Program-made: the position numbers and the translations under genes
Part shown: positions 28,646 to 38,271 of the stretch, in pieces
Numbering within the stretch: the stretch's first letter is position 1
Layout of the letters: every line of letters starts with the position of its first letter
Assembly: GCA_019057795.1 (NCBI GenBank)
Contig: JAHLWS010000015.1
Coordinates: 1 to 45,219, forward strand
DNA: 45,219 bases
From: Promethearchaeota archaeon
Lineage (GTDB): Archaea > Asgardarchaeota > Lokiarchaeia > Sigyniarchaeales > SOKP01
Direction of reading: 5' to 3'
Notes under the pieces: generated by a model
Told to the model about the DNA's origin: nothing
Databases searched by the model: none
Seen by the model: the letters and a program-made list of their open reading frames with translations, nothing else

Positions 28646-29419
28646 ATGCCTCGATCAAGCGTTTATTCTGATGATGATTGGAAAAAAGTTACACCTCATA
28701 TACCCCCTGTATATGAAAAAAAGGCTTATAATTTAATTTACGATCATCATTCTCACACATACTTCAGTGATGGAGTACTTACAATTAAGCAAAATGTTGA
28801 ATGGCATATTGCTATGGGGTTCAACGCATTAACTATAACTGATCATAACAACATGCGGCATTTAGAAAAAATTAAGAAGGTTAAAGAAGAATATTTTGAA
28901 AAGGGTATTCTTATTACGAGTGGCATAGAATGGACAACTGTTAGGATTCATTTAAATTTCTTAGGTGTCTCAAAGTGGGATACCAGAATATCTTATAAAC
29001 TTTAAAATGAAAAAATTATTGACGCAATCAACAAGGTTCACGATCAAGGGGGCATAGTTGTTTGTAACCATATTCCATGGAGTATAAACGAAGCTAAATA
29101 TAAGAATCATCCAACCCGAGAAACCTTATTGGAATGGGGAGTTGATTATATCGAGATAGTTAACGATGATTCTCAACCGGAAAATGTCTTTGATCAAGAA
29201 TCCTATGATTTTTGTATGGGACATAAAGGAGAAATTGGTATGCTTACTGGTACAGATATGCATAAACCAGATGGATTATTAGGTGGGGGTGTTCATGGCT
29301 GGACATTATTAAACCTTAAAGAATTTACAGAAGAAGCGCTATTAGAAGAGTTAAGAAGGGGACGCACTAAAATTCTCTATTCTAAAGAACCATATGCAGA
29401 TCTAGGTAATCATAAATAG
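28646..29419 (+). pseudogene. PHP-domain phosphoesterase interrupted by an in-frame TAA (29003-29005)
   Basis: DHHSHTYFSDG, ITDHN and GIEWT precede the stop. The same frame continues NEKIIDAINKVHDQGGIVVCNHIPW...IEIVN...GTDMH into track ORF 29129-29419. Confidence 0.85.
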
Positions 29420-29522
29420 AACGATTCTTGCCATCTGAATAAAGCTTAAAATATAAATATTAAATAAATAAATAAATAATAATATTATGAAATAAAAAAA
29501 TAAAATTTTATGTGAAAAATAA

Positions 29523-30491
29523 ATGTCTAATATAATTATTCAAACAAATAATTTAACTAAATATTACGGTAAATCTCGTGGAATTGAGAATTTAACATTT
29601 GAGGTAAATAAAGGTGAGATCTTTGGGTTGCTCGGACCAAATGGAGCTGGGAAAACCACCACAATTAGGGTCTTACTTGACTTCATTCGACGGACTTCGG
29701 GAGAAGCTCAAGTATTTGGATTGGATGTGAAGCAACATAGCACCGAAATTCGACGGAGAACAGCATATTTACCTGGTGACTTGGGATTATATAAAGACAA
29801 AACGGTGCGAAAAAACCTTCAATTCCTTTTAAAGATGTATAACAAACCTGTACCCAATAGAAAGATTGAGGAGTTGGCAGAGCGCATTGACTTAACTTTA
29901 GACAGGAAAGTGAAAGAACTTAGCAAAGGGAACAAGCAAAAGATCGGAATTGTCCTTACTTTTGCACCAGAAACTGAGCTATTAATGGTTGATGAGCCCA
30001 CCGCCGGTTTGGATCCTTTTATTACGGCCGAATATTACAAAATTCTTTACGAACAGCAAAAAGATTTTGGCACGACGGTTCTTTTAAGCTCTCATTTACT
30101 CGGGGAAGTCGAAAAGGTTGCCCATCGAGTTGGTATTATTCGAGAAGGAACGATTGTGGAATCAGATTCCGTTCAAAGTTTGAAAAAAATCGCCTTAAAA
30201 GAAATTACGATCGAATTTCCCACCGCTTTGGAGCTTCAAAAATTTAACTCTAAAATCCCAACCGGAATTGTTGATAACTTAAGAACAAGCGAGACGAGCG
30301 TTTCTCTTACAGTTCCTCGCGAAAATCTAACCGAAATCATAGATGTTCTAGGACAGGTCGGAAAGGTAAGCGATTTACAGATTCAAAGTCCCAGCCTCGA
30401 GGATATTTTTATGAAATATTACGAAACAAGTTCGAGCAGCACTGATTCTTTAGAAAAGGATAATATTAAAGCTGAGAGGTTGATGGATTAG
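29523..30491 (+). CDS. ABC-2 type exporter ATP-binding subunit
   Basis: GPNGAGKTT, LSKGNKQK, VDEPTAGLD and SSHLL. Confidence 0.95.
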   Translation: MSNIIIQTNNLTKYYGKSRGIENLTFEVNKGEIFGLLGPNGAGKTTTIRVLLDFIRRTSGEAQVFGLDVKQHSTEIRRRTAYLPGDLGLYKDKTVRKNLQFLLKMYNKPVPNRKIEELAERIDLTLDRKVKELSKGNKQKIGIVLTFAPETELLMVDEPTAGLDPFITAEYYKILYEQQKDFGTTVLLSSHLLGEVEKVAHRVGIIREGTIVESDSVQSLKKIALKEITIEFPTALELQKFNSKIPTGIVDNLRTSETSVSLTVPRENLTEIIDVLGQVGKVSDLQIQSPSLEDIFMKYYETSSSSTDSLEKDNIKAERLMD

Positions 30492-31310
30492 ATGGGTCAA
30501 TTGCTAACAATAGTGAAAGAATATTTAAAAGACAAAAAGTGGGCGACCATTCTTCTTGGGGGAATTATAGGATTGTTTGGTCTTTTTACAATATATATAA
30601 TAAACGAGTTCGATTTGGAAGCCATGGACTCTCTTATGGCGTTTATCCCACCAGATATGTTAGATTTTTTTGGGGGTGTGGCTGCCTTGACTAATCCTTA
30701 TGGTTTCCTTACCATTGAGGTATTAGGCTTTATTTGGTTGTACGCGGGGATATATTTGGTTTTTTCTGCCAGTTCGCTTCTCTCGCAAGATGTCGAAGAA
30801 AAAACCATCGAGTTGTTCTTATCAAAACCAATAACTCGAAACAAGTTTTTGGGTAGCAAAATTGTTTCGCTATATGTGCTTATAACAATTATGATGACTT
30901 TGGCGTTTCTTATCCTCTCTGGAGGGATCGCAACTTCTCAGATGTTCATAGACGAGGGCCTTTATTGGGACCGCGTGTGGGGGACTTATGTTATAGTTGT
31001 CCTGTTTTTAAGTGCTTTATCCATGATTGCCTTTTTCAGCTCGACAATTTTCCTTAATTCCAAGAAAGCAATGGTAATAGGCATAATCGCGCTCTTTTTG
31101 ATGTTTTTTATCGATGGGTTTTATATTTACATGGAAGAGATCGAAAACTTGAAGTATTTTACGGTGTTCTTTTATTACAATCCCATCGATTATCTCGTAC
31201 ACGCGGATATAGATTTATTTATTCGGGACATAATTGTGTTAGCGTCAATAAATGCCGCGCTCGTAATTGGAAGCCTCATAGTTTTCAACAAAAAGGACAT
31301 TCCAAATTAA
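30492..31310 (+). CDS. ABC-2 type exporter permease
   Basis: Six TM segments, DVEEKTIELFLSKPITRNKFLGSK motif and FNKKDI C-terminus. Abuts the ATPase gene. Confidence 0.92.
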   Translation: MGQLLTIVKEYLKDKKWATILLGGIIGLFGLFTIYIINEFDLEAMDSLMAFIPPDMLDFFGGVAALTNPYGFLTIEVLGFIWLYAGIYLVFSASSLLSQDVEEKTIELFLSKPITRNKFLGSKIVSLYVLITIMMTLAFLILSGGIATSQMFIDEGLYWDRVWGTYVIVVLFLSALSMIAFFSSTIFLNSKKAMVIGIIALFLMFFIDGFYIYMEEIENLKYFTVFFYYNPIDYLVHADIDLFIRDIIVLASINAALVIGSLIVFNKKDIPN

Positions 31311-31671
31311 CATTCTTTTATTTTTCAAATAAGCGATCGTGCTATCAATGTCAATATCGTAAAGTTTAGCAGAATATTTCGATCGCATTAATTTTTCTTT
31401 TCACTATTAAAATAATGTTCTAAAATAGAATAAAAATTTACTAATTTTCGATTATTATTTTGAAGATTACATATAATATGTCCAAAAAGACTCAGCAACT
31501 TTCTTGATGACCTTATCAGATCCACGAAAAGATGGACAAGTGGTAGGCTATTAGATTAGGCTAATTTTTAACTTGTTCGTAATAGTGATATAAATTTATT
31601 GATATTAGAGTTATTTTAAAAAGGTAGAATTTATTATTTTGATATTATAAAAATATAAGATTTGATTTTAC

Positions 31672-32211
31672 ATGTCAAATAAAACTGAAATGATTTTTAA
31701 ATTAGCCGTTTTAGGTAATTCTGCTGTTGGAAAAACATCATTAATTAATCAATATATTAATCAGAAGTTTGAACAAGATTATCATCCTTCTTTGGGAGTT
31801 AATATTGTTATAAAAGAGATGAATGTTGAGGAAAAAAATGTTCATGTTAAAATGATACTCTGGGATATAGCAGGCCAAGATAAATATGATTTATCGCGAA
31901 AAGCGTTTTTTCAAGGTTGCGCTGGAGCCTTATTTGTGTATGATGTAACTCGACCAGTTACATTTAAGGATGTAAAATCCAAATGGCTGAAAGACTTAAA
32001 AGAATTTGGAAATAACAATGCCGCTTATCTCTTAATTGGCAATAAGAACGATTTAACAGAAGAAAAGATAGTTTCAACCCAAGACGGTGAAAAATTAGCA
32101 AAAAAAATGAAAGCTATCGAATTTATCGAGACGAGTGCTAAACATGGTGGTAATGTTGAAAAAGCATTTAAAACTCTTGTTCTTAGCGTAATCTCTAATA
32201 GGGTAAAATAA
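31672..32211 (+). CDS. Rab-like small GTPase (Ras superfamily; eukaryotic signature protein)
   Basis: G1 GNSAVGKTS, G3 WDIAGQ, G4 GNKND and G5 ETSAK. No C-terminal Cys prenylation motif. Confidence 0.95.
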   Translation: MSNKTEMIFKLAVLGNSAVGKTSLINQYINQKFEQDYHPSLGVNIVIKEMNVEEKNVHVKMILWDIAGQDKYDLSRKAFFQGCAGALFVYDVTRPVTFKDVKSKWLKDLKEFGNNNAAYLLIGNKNDLTEEKIVSTQDGEKLAKKMKAIEFIETSAKHGGNVEKAFKTLVLSVISNRVK

Positions 32212-32286
32212 AAGCTTATTTTATAAAATTTTGTTATTTCTCCCAAGATCGCATTATTACATGTGTATTTGACTCACTACTAAAAG

Positions 32287-33579
32287 CTAGGGAATAAGTA
32301 ACGAAAATAAAGTTAAGTAGATTATACTAACTCCAATATGTATTAAAGTTATCACAGAACCATATTTTAATAATGATTTATAGTTAAAATCTGATACGCC
32401 ATATTTTTCTGCTAGATTTAAGGTTATTAAATCACATGCAGCTCCTTGTGGTAAAAAATTAGAGCCAATATTTATTCCAAGGATCATTGCCATAATAATA
32501 AGGTTAGGAACTTGCCCTATACCATAAATATTTTCCATTAATGTGATAAAGACGAGAGCTGTTGGAATTTGGGCTAAAAAACCTGATAATACGCTTATCA
32601 TCAGTAAAACGGTTATAGCAGCAATAAGATCATTATCCGAAATAAAGGTTTCTATTAAATCACCAATAAATATAAAAGTTCCATTTATTTGCATTGTACC
32701 CATAAGGAGGAATATTCCTATAAAAAATGTAATAACCTTTAGATCAGTTTTTAGAAGAACTTCTGCAAACTTTTTTCGATTTAAAAGGCACATTATAACC
32801 GCACCAACAACAGCAACTATATAAGCTTCAGGGATAATGATGAATCCAATAACTATACATATAAAATTTATTGAAATGAAGACAAATTTCTTCTTATTAA
32901 CAATAATCATGTTAGGATCCATGATATCAAGAAGAATTTTCTTATAATCTTCAGGAGGGGGGTCCTGTTTTCTAAGCATAGTAAAATCTATAAGGAAGAG
33001 GGTATAAATTAAGGTTGGAATAACAATTAGAGAAAAATTAGTTACAAAGTAAGCAAAATTAAGTGAAAAAGCATTCGCTATAAGAATATTCTCTGCTGAA
33101 CTAAAAGGAGTATAAATGGACCCGATATTAATCGTAAAACTTAGGCCAAAAAGATAAGGTGCTGGATTAATTTTCAAGATTTTACATGCTCGTATAACAA
33201 GGGGTACAAAAATAATCCCTACTGTAATATCAGAGACAAATGCTGATGTTATACATGCCATAATACAAATTAAAAAGAAGAATTTTCTATGATCAGCTCT
33301 CGTCCAATGAATCGTTTTTAAGATGACCCACTGAAATATTTTTTGCTCTTCCATAATAGCAATAATAATTTGCATACAGATTATAAAAAATAATGGTTCA
33401 AATTCGATAAAGGTTATAAATTCTGTAAACCCAACACCAAAGGTAATACCTGCAACAATACAAGCAATAACTGCTGAAAGTATTGTAAAAGAAATATAGT
33501 CTATTCGTTCATTTGTAAAGATTGCCATTATCACTATAAATAAAACAGCTGAAATAATAATTGATATTATCTCATACAT
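32287..33579 (-). CDS. SLC13/ArsB/NhaD (IT superfamily) permease
   Basis: About 12 TM. SAFVSDIT, INIGSIYTPFSSAENILIA and INIGSNFLPQGAACDL repeat motifs. Confidence 0.88.
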   Translation of the reverse strand: MYEIISIIISAVLFIVIMAIFTNERIDYISFTILSAVIACIVAGITFGVGFTEFITFIEFEPLFFIICMQIIIAIMEEQKIFQWVILKTIHWTRADHRKFFFLICIMACITSAFVSDITVGIIFVPLVIRACKILKINPAPYLFGLSFTINIGSIYTPFSSAENILIANAFSLNFAYFVTNFSLIVIPTLIYTLFLIDFTMLRKQDPPPEDYKKILLDIMDPNMIIVNKKKFVFISINFICIVIGFIIIPEAYIVAVVGAVIMCLLNRKKFAEVLLKTDLKVITFFIGIFLLMGTMQINGTFIFIGDLIETFISDNDLIAAITVLLMISVLSGFLAQIPTALVFITLMENIYGIGQVPNLIIMAMILGINIGSNFLPQGAACDLITLNLAEKYGVSDFNYKSLLKYGSVITLIHIGVSIIYLTLFSLLIP

Positions 33580-33854
33580 CTTACGCTAATCCTCAATTAT
33601 TTTAATTAGATCTAATGAATTCATATTTCTTTAACTTTTCCTTATTAAGTTTTGAAAATTAAATTTTCTAACAATAATAATATTAATTTTATTCAATAAA
33701 AAAAAAATCGTATACTGTAATTATCTGTTAGTTTTATATTTATTTCATAAAAAGAACATAATTGCTTTTCGTTCATGGAGCCTATTCTCCTCTCGATCGA
33801 AAACAATTGATCGGTTATTAAATTATTTTATAGAAACTGTTTTTCTTTTATATT

Positions 33855-34043
33855 TTATTTCTCCCACGCTTTCATAATTACATGAGTATTTGAAGCAAAA
33901 ATTCCTTCTATCAAATTTATTTTCTCAGAAAAAATATCGAATAATTCTTCGGATGTTTCTACTTCAATTTCAGTCAATATATCGTAGTCTCAAGTCAAAG
34001 ACATGACTTTCTTAATTTCTGGTATGGCTTTCAGTTCTTCTAT
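33855..34043 (-). pseudogene. 5'-truncated paralog of the adjacent Lrp/AsnC ligand-binding-domain gene, with internal TGA
   Basis: IEELKAIPEIKKVMSLT*DYDILTEIEVETSEELFDIFSEKINLIEGIFASNTHVIMKAWEK aligns without gaps to 34194-34448. The TGA at 33992-33990 replaces Gly. Confidence 0.88.
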
Positions 34044-34193
34044 TCCTTAAATTCTCTCATGAGATGTATTGCAACAATTGAAAGTAGGATAATTATCACT
34101 TACTATATTTTCCGATATAACATTATTATATCTTCCAAATAAATTTAATCCAACGGCTAAGCAGTGGATCATTGAATCAAACTAATGTACACT

Positions 34194-34448
34194 CTATTTT
34201 TCCCAAGAGCGCATTATTACATGCGTATTAGATTCAATTATCCCTTCAATTAAGTCAATTTTTTTAGCAAAAATGCTGTACAACTCTTCGGACGAATCCA
34301 CTACAATTTCAATTAACACGTCGTAATCGCCAGTTAAAGACATTACGCGTTTGATTTGAGGAATCTCTTTTAATTCGTCAATTACCTTTTCTATTACGCT
34401 CATTCCTAATTTACATAAGGTTATTGCCTTTATTGTCATAATTTCCAA
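34194..34448 (-). CDS. Stand-alone Lrp/AsnC ligand-binding (RAM) domain protein
   Basis: VMSLTGDYDVLIEI...IEGIIESNTHV, no HTH. Start may be the ATG at 34439. Confidence 0.9.
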   Translation of the reverse strand: MEIMTIKAITLCKLGMSVIEKVIDELKEIPQIKRVMSLTGDYDVLIEIVVDSSEELYSIFAKKIDLIEGIIESNTHVIMRSWEK

Positions 34449-34457
34449 CCATATAGT

Positions 34458-35780
34458 CTATATTTCTAATTTATTTATTTCATTTACAAAAAGAATTTTA
34501 ACATTTTTAACTTCGTCTAACTTTTTTATTTGTTTATTTACTAAATAATAAAAATCTTTTATAGAACTGCTTTTAACATTTAGTAAGAGGTCGTGCGTTC
34601 CTGCTAACGTGTCTACGCTAATTACTCCTTGAAATTTCAATAATTTCATTGGTAATTTCTTTAAACTTCCAATTTCGTTGTCTAAAAGAATATACGCGTT
34701 GACAATGTTTTTCAATTCGTGACCGTACCGGAATAAAATTGAGACGATTAATAAAAAGAATACTACCAATAAATTTTCTAACGGGAAATACTCGCCAACA
34801 AAAATTATCCCAAAAATCAAAGCACCTATTGGTTCTATTAGAGTTAAAATGCTATTCCATTGGCTATAGGTCAAATTATAAGGCTTCCAATATATACTCG
34901 TAAGAAAAACAAGCAGAAATGGAAGGATTGTAGAAAAAATTATCAAAAAGATTACATCCCTTCGCATTAGGATATTAAACATATTCGGGAATTCACCATA
35001 AAATTTAACGGTTTCAGTAGTTAAATCAGAAATTGGAAAAATGAGTTGAAAAATCAAAAGAAAAGGAAACATGAATATTACACCTATTAAGAATGTACTT
35101 GATATTTTTATAAGGAGACGGATAATCTTATAGTATTGATTTTTATTAGCAATTTTTAGCTCACGTTTCGAATAAATATCTCTATTTATAGATATTTGAA
35201 AAAAAACGAGACTTAACATGAATAACGTAATGTATATCAACCCCATCAACGAAAATCCGGTTCCATGCAAAGCAGCTTCTTGACTCTTTACGTTTATTAT
35301 GATACCTATTGAAACAACTAACAACAAGAGATATAGTATTTTGAATATATCCAGTTTCTCTGATTTGATTCCGTGTTCGTAAAGAGCTACAAGGATAATA
35401 CTAACTTGAAATCCGATCATTGCTAAAGCAATAGTTTCTGTAACTTTTAAAGCCATAAAATACCAGATAAGTTGCATTATGATGCCAAAAAACCCCATTA
35501 TAGCGAAATAATAGATGTTCCTTAACCTGAAAAACCTTCTATTCTTATGAGTATAAATAATTTTAAGAACTTCAAATGGAATTTTTTTATTTGAAGTGAA
35601 TCTATTGTTTACAAATATCAATAAAATCGCAAGAAGAAACAGAATAACTCCTGATGCTAAAAATCTTAGAAAAATAACCATTAAAATAGAAACTTCGTTG
35701 AACAAACCTAATACTATAACAGGAATAAAACTCCATAGCAAATTTGCTACGATAAGATTGATAATGATTTTATTCTGCAT
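34458..35780 (-). CDS. EamA/DMT-family transporter fused to a C-terminal Lrp/AsnC ligand-binding domain
   Basis: About 10 TM with DMT motifs (ANLLWSFIPV, IFLRFLAS, LIEPIGALIFGIIFVGE). Soluble tail NAYILL...GVISVDTLAGTHDLLLNV...IKKLDEVKNVKILFV. Confidence 0.82.
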   Translation of the reverse strand: MQNKIIINLIVANLLWSFIPVIVLGLFNEVSILMVIFLRFLASGVILFLLAILLIFVNNRFTSNKKIPFEVLKIIYTHKNRRFFRLRNIYYFAIMGFFGIIMQLIWYFMALKVTETIALAMIGFQVSIILVALYEHGIKSEKLDIFKILYLLLLVVSIGIIINVKSQEAALHGTGFSLMGLIYITLFMLSLVFFQISINRDIYSKRELKIANKNQYYKIIRLLIKISSTFLIGVIFMFPFLLIFQLIFPISDLTTETVKFYGEFPNMFNILMRRDVIFLIIFSTILPFLLVFLTSIYWKPYNLTYSQWNSILTLIEPIGALIFGIIFVGEYFPLENLLVVFFLLIVSILFRYGHELKNIVNAYILLDNEIGSLKKLPMKLLKFQGVISVDTLAGTHDLLLNVKSSSIKDFYYLVNKQIKKLDEVKNVKILFVNEINKLEI

Positions 35781-36001
35781 AATACTTATTACTTTAAATT
35801 GTTTAAATCAAGGTTTTCGATTACGATATATAAAATCACGATCATTTGAATAGTTTTTCTTAAAAAACACCTTGATATTTGGTTCATTTATCCCACAGCT
35901 TTCCCAAAAGATTTGTTGTACCAAAATTAAAAATTTTTTATGTATAGGTAAATTTAGATATATATATTAAGAACCCTATAAAAAAAGATTAGTGAAACTA
36001 C

Positions 36002-37261
36002 ATGCCAAGTTCAAAAGATTATATGGAAATGGATGATAAATACTGCGCTCATAATTATCACCCAATTCCCGTTGTTATATCAAAAGCGGAGGGTGTATGG
36101 GTTTACGACCCTGAAGGAAATAAATATATTGATTGTTTATCTGCCTATTCATCCCAAAATACGGGGCATTGTCACCCCGAAATTATAAAAGCTTTAAAAG
36201 AACAAGCAGATAAGGTCACTTTAACATCTCGCGCGTTCTATAACGATATGATGGGTCCCTTTTTAAAAAAATTATGCGAAGTTGTTGGACCACATATTAA
36301 CGATCCAAACAATTCTGGAATAATGGCACTTCCAATGAACACGGGAACTGAAGCAGTCTCCTCCGGTCTAAAAGTTGCGAGAGCTTGGGGTTATATTAAA
36401 AAGAAAATTCCTAAAAACGAGGCAAAAATAATTATTTGCAGAGATAATTTTCATGGAAGGTCAATAACAATAGTAGGATTTAGTACGGATATTGAAGCTG
36501 TAAAATACTATGGAAACTTCGGACCTTACACTCCCGGTTTCGTAATTATTCCGTATGGAGATGCTGAAGAGTTAGAAAATACAATCTTAGAAATCGGCCC
36601 TGAAAAAGTAGCGGCGTTCCTATTTGAGCCAATTCAAGGAGAAGCTGGAGTAAAAATCCCTCCTGAAGGATACTTAAAAAAGGTTAGAGAGATCTGTACA
36701 AAGTACAATGTTCTGATGATCGCTGACGAGATTCAGACTGGTTTTGGAAGAACTGGGGAGTTTTTTGGATGCGACCACGAAAATGTGAAGCCTGATGCGA
36801 TGTTACTTGGAAAGGCGCTTGGAGGGGGTGTTTATCCCGTTTCAGCTGTAGTTACTACTAAAGATATAATTGGCCCTGATGTTATTAAACCTGGAACGCA
36901 TGGAAGCACATTTGGAGGAAACCCGTTGGCTAGTGCGGTTGCTATGAAATCGTTAGAAATTCATATCGACGACCATTTAGCTCAAAGAGCCAAAGAATTT
37001 GGAGGTTATTTTCTAGAAGGGCTTAGAAATATCGCAAAAAAGAAAACTATAGTTCCAATTAAAGAGGTTAGAGGTAAAGGTCTATTAATAGCTATTGAAT
37101 TTGAATCAGATGCAAGGCACATAGTCGAAATGTTTAAAGATAAGGGCGTATTGGCCAAAAATACTCATTCTACAATTATACGTTTTGCCCCACCTCTAAT
37201 TATAACTAAAGACCAAATCGATTGGGCTTTAAAAATTATCGAAGATGTGCTGGTAGCGTAA
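36002..37261 (+). CDS. rocD: Ornithine--oxo-acid aminotransferase
   Basis: AHNYHPIPVV, DCLSAYS, LTSRAFYND, PMNTGTEA, EPIQGEAG, DEIQTG and HGSTFGGNP. Confidence 0.93.
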   Translation: MPSSKDYMEMDDKYCAHNYHPIPVVISKAEGVWVYDPEGNKYIDCLSAYSSQNTGHCHPEIIKALKEQADKVTLTSRAFYNDMMGPFLKKLCEVVGPHINDPNNSGIMALPMNTGTEAVSSGLKVARAWGYIKKKIPKNEAKIIICRDNFHGRSITIVGFSTDIEAVKYYGNFGPYTPGFVIIPYGDAEELENTILEIGPEKVAAFLFEPIQGEAGVKIPPEGYLKKVREICTKYNVLMIADEIQTGFGRTGEFFGCDHENVKPDAMLLGKALGGGVYPVSAVVTTKDIIGPDVIKPGTHGSTFGGNPLASAVAMKSLEIHIDDHLAQRAKEFGGYFLEGLRNIAKKKTIVPIKEVRGKGLLIAIEFESDARHIVEMFKDKGVLAKNTHSTIIRFAPPLIITKDQIDWALKIIEDVLVA

Positions 37262-37292
37262 AAAATTAAAATTTACTTATTTTTTATATAAT

Positions 37293-38213
37293 TTAATTAT
37301 CGTTAATAAAAAAGTGGGTACCGGATTTTCCCTCTAAAGCTTCTGTAATTTTTTCGATTGAAGTTATAATGGCTTGTTCTCCACCAGATTCTAAGAAATT
37401 TATTACTGCTTGTATTTTAGGACCCATGCTTCCCGGAGGAAAATGGCCTTGTTTCATATATTCTTTTGCATCTGTGGTTGAAACTCTATCGAGGTATTTA
37501 TAATCAATTCTTCCGTAATTTAACGCCACTTTTTCTACATCTGTAGCAATTATTAAAATATCTGCGTTTACTTGTTCGCCTAACTTTGCGCTTGCAAGAT
37601 CTTTATCGATAACGGCTTCAACTCCTTGAAAACGATTTCCTTCTTTAATAACAGGAACGCCCCCACCACCACACGATATCACAATAAAATTCTCCTGAAT
37701 TAACTTTTTAATTTCCCGCGATTGAACTATTCTTATAGGCTTTGGCGAGGGAACTACGCGCCGCCATCCTTTTGCCGTTTTCACACATCTTGGTTGCTTT
37801 CTTTTGTAAACTGGTCCAATTGGTTTGGTGGGGTGTTTAAACGCTCGATCGTTACGATCAACTTCAACATAAGTTAATACGGTAAGGAAATATTTATCAA
37901 GATCAATCCCTAAATGCATAAGTTCTTCATCAAGGGTGGATTCAATTAAAAATCCAATTTGCCCTTGTGTTTCGGCTACTAATATCTGTAAAGGCATTTT
38001 TGTAATCTCATCAGACGCTTCTTGTTGCAAGAGAAGCGCGCCAACTTGAGGACCATTGCCATGGGTAATTATAATATTATATTCATTTGACAATTCTGCA
38101 ATTTGTTTTATAGGAGCCCGTAAATTATTAATCATTTGTTCGGGGGTCCCCCTCTCTCCAGCTTTAATGAGGGCATTGCCCCCGAGAGCAACAATTAAAG
38201 TCTTCAAAGGCAA
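37293..38213 (-). CDS. arcC: Carbamate kinase
   Basis: VALGGNAL, THGNGPQVG, PTKPIGP, WRRVVPSP, EAVIDKD and GSMGPK. Confidence 0.96.
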   Translation of the reverse strand: MPLKTLIVALGGNALIKAGERGTPEQMINNLRAPIKQIAELSNEYNIIITHGNGPQVGALLLQQEASDEITKMPLQILVAETQGQIGFLIESTLDEELMHLGIDLDKYFLTVLTYVEVDRNDRAFKHPTKPIGPVYKRKQPRCVKTAKGWRRVVPSPKPIRIVQSREIKKLIQENFIVISCGGGGVPVIKEGNRFQGVEAVIDKDLASAKLGEQVNADILIIATDVEKVALNYGRIDYKYLDRVSTTDAKEYMKQGHFPPGSMGPKIQAVINFLESGGEQAIITSIEKITEALEGKSGTHFFINDN

Positions 38214-38271
38214 ACCTCTAATAGTAAGATTATTAACAAAATTGAAAAAATAATAATAGTTAACTTGTTAT

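Noticed and set aside
29003-29005. Stop-codon recoding in the PHP gene
   Set aside because: The codon is TAA, which encodes neither Sec nor Pyl, and it lies in a non-catalytic linker.
29455-29505. (TAAA)n run upstream of the ABC genes
   Set aside because: Only a few units in very AT-rich intergenic DNA, compatible with background composition.
31333-31560. Imperfect hairpin (GCGATCG...CGATCGC) and short GC-richer stretch as an ncRNA or small ORF
   Set aside because: Pairing is short and interrupted, ORFs are under 30 codons with no motif, and nothing else supports it.
33990-33992. In-frame TGA in the Lrp-like remnant as a second selenocysteine
   Set aside because: Aligns to the conserved Gly of TGDYD, not to Cys. 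The ORF lacks its 5' end and I see no SECIS downstream.
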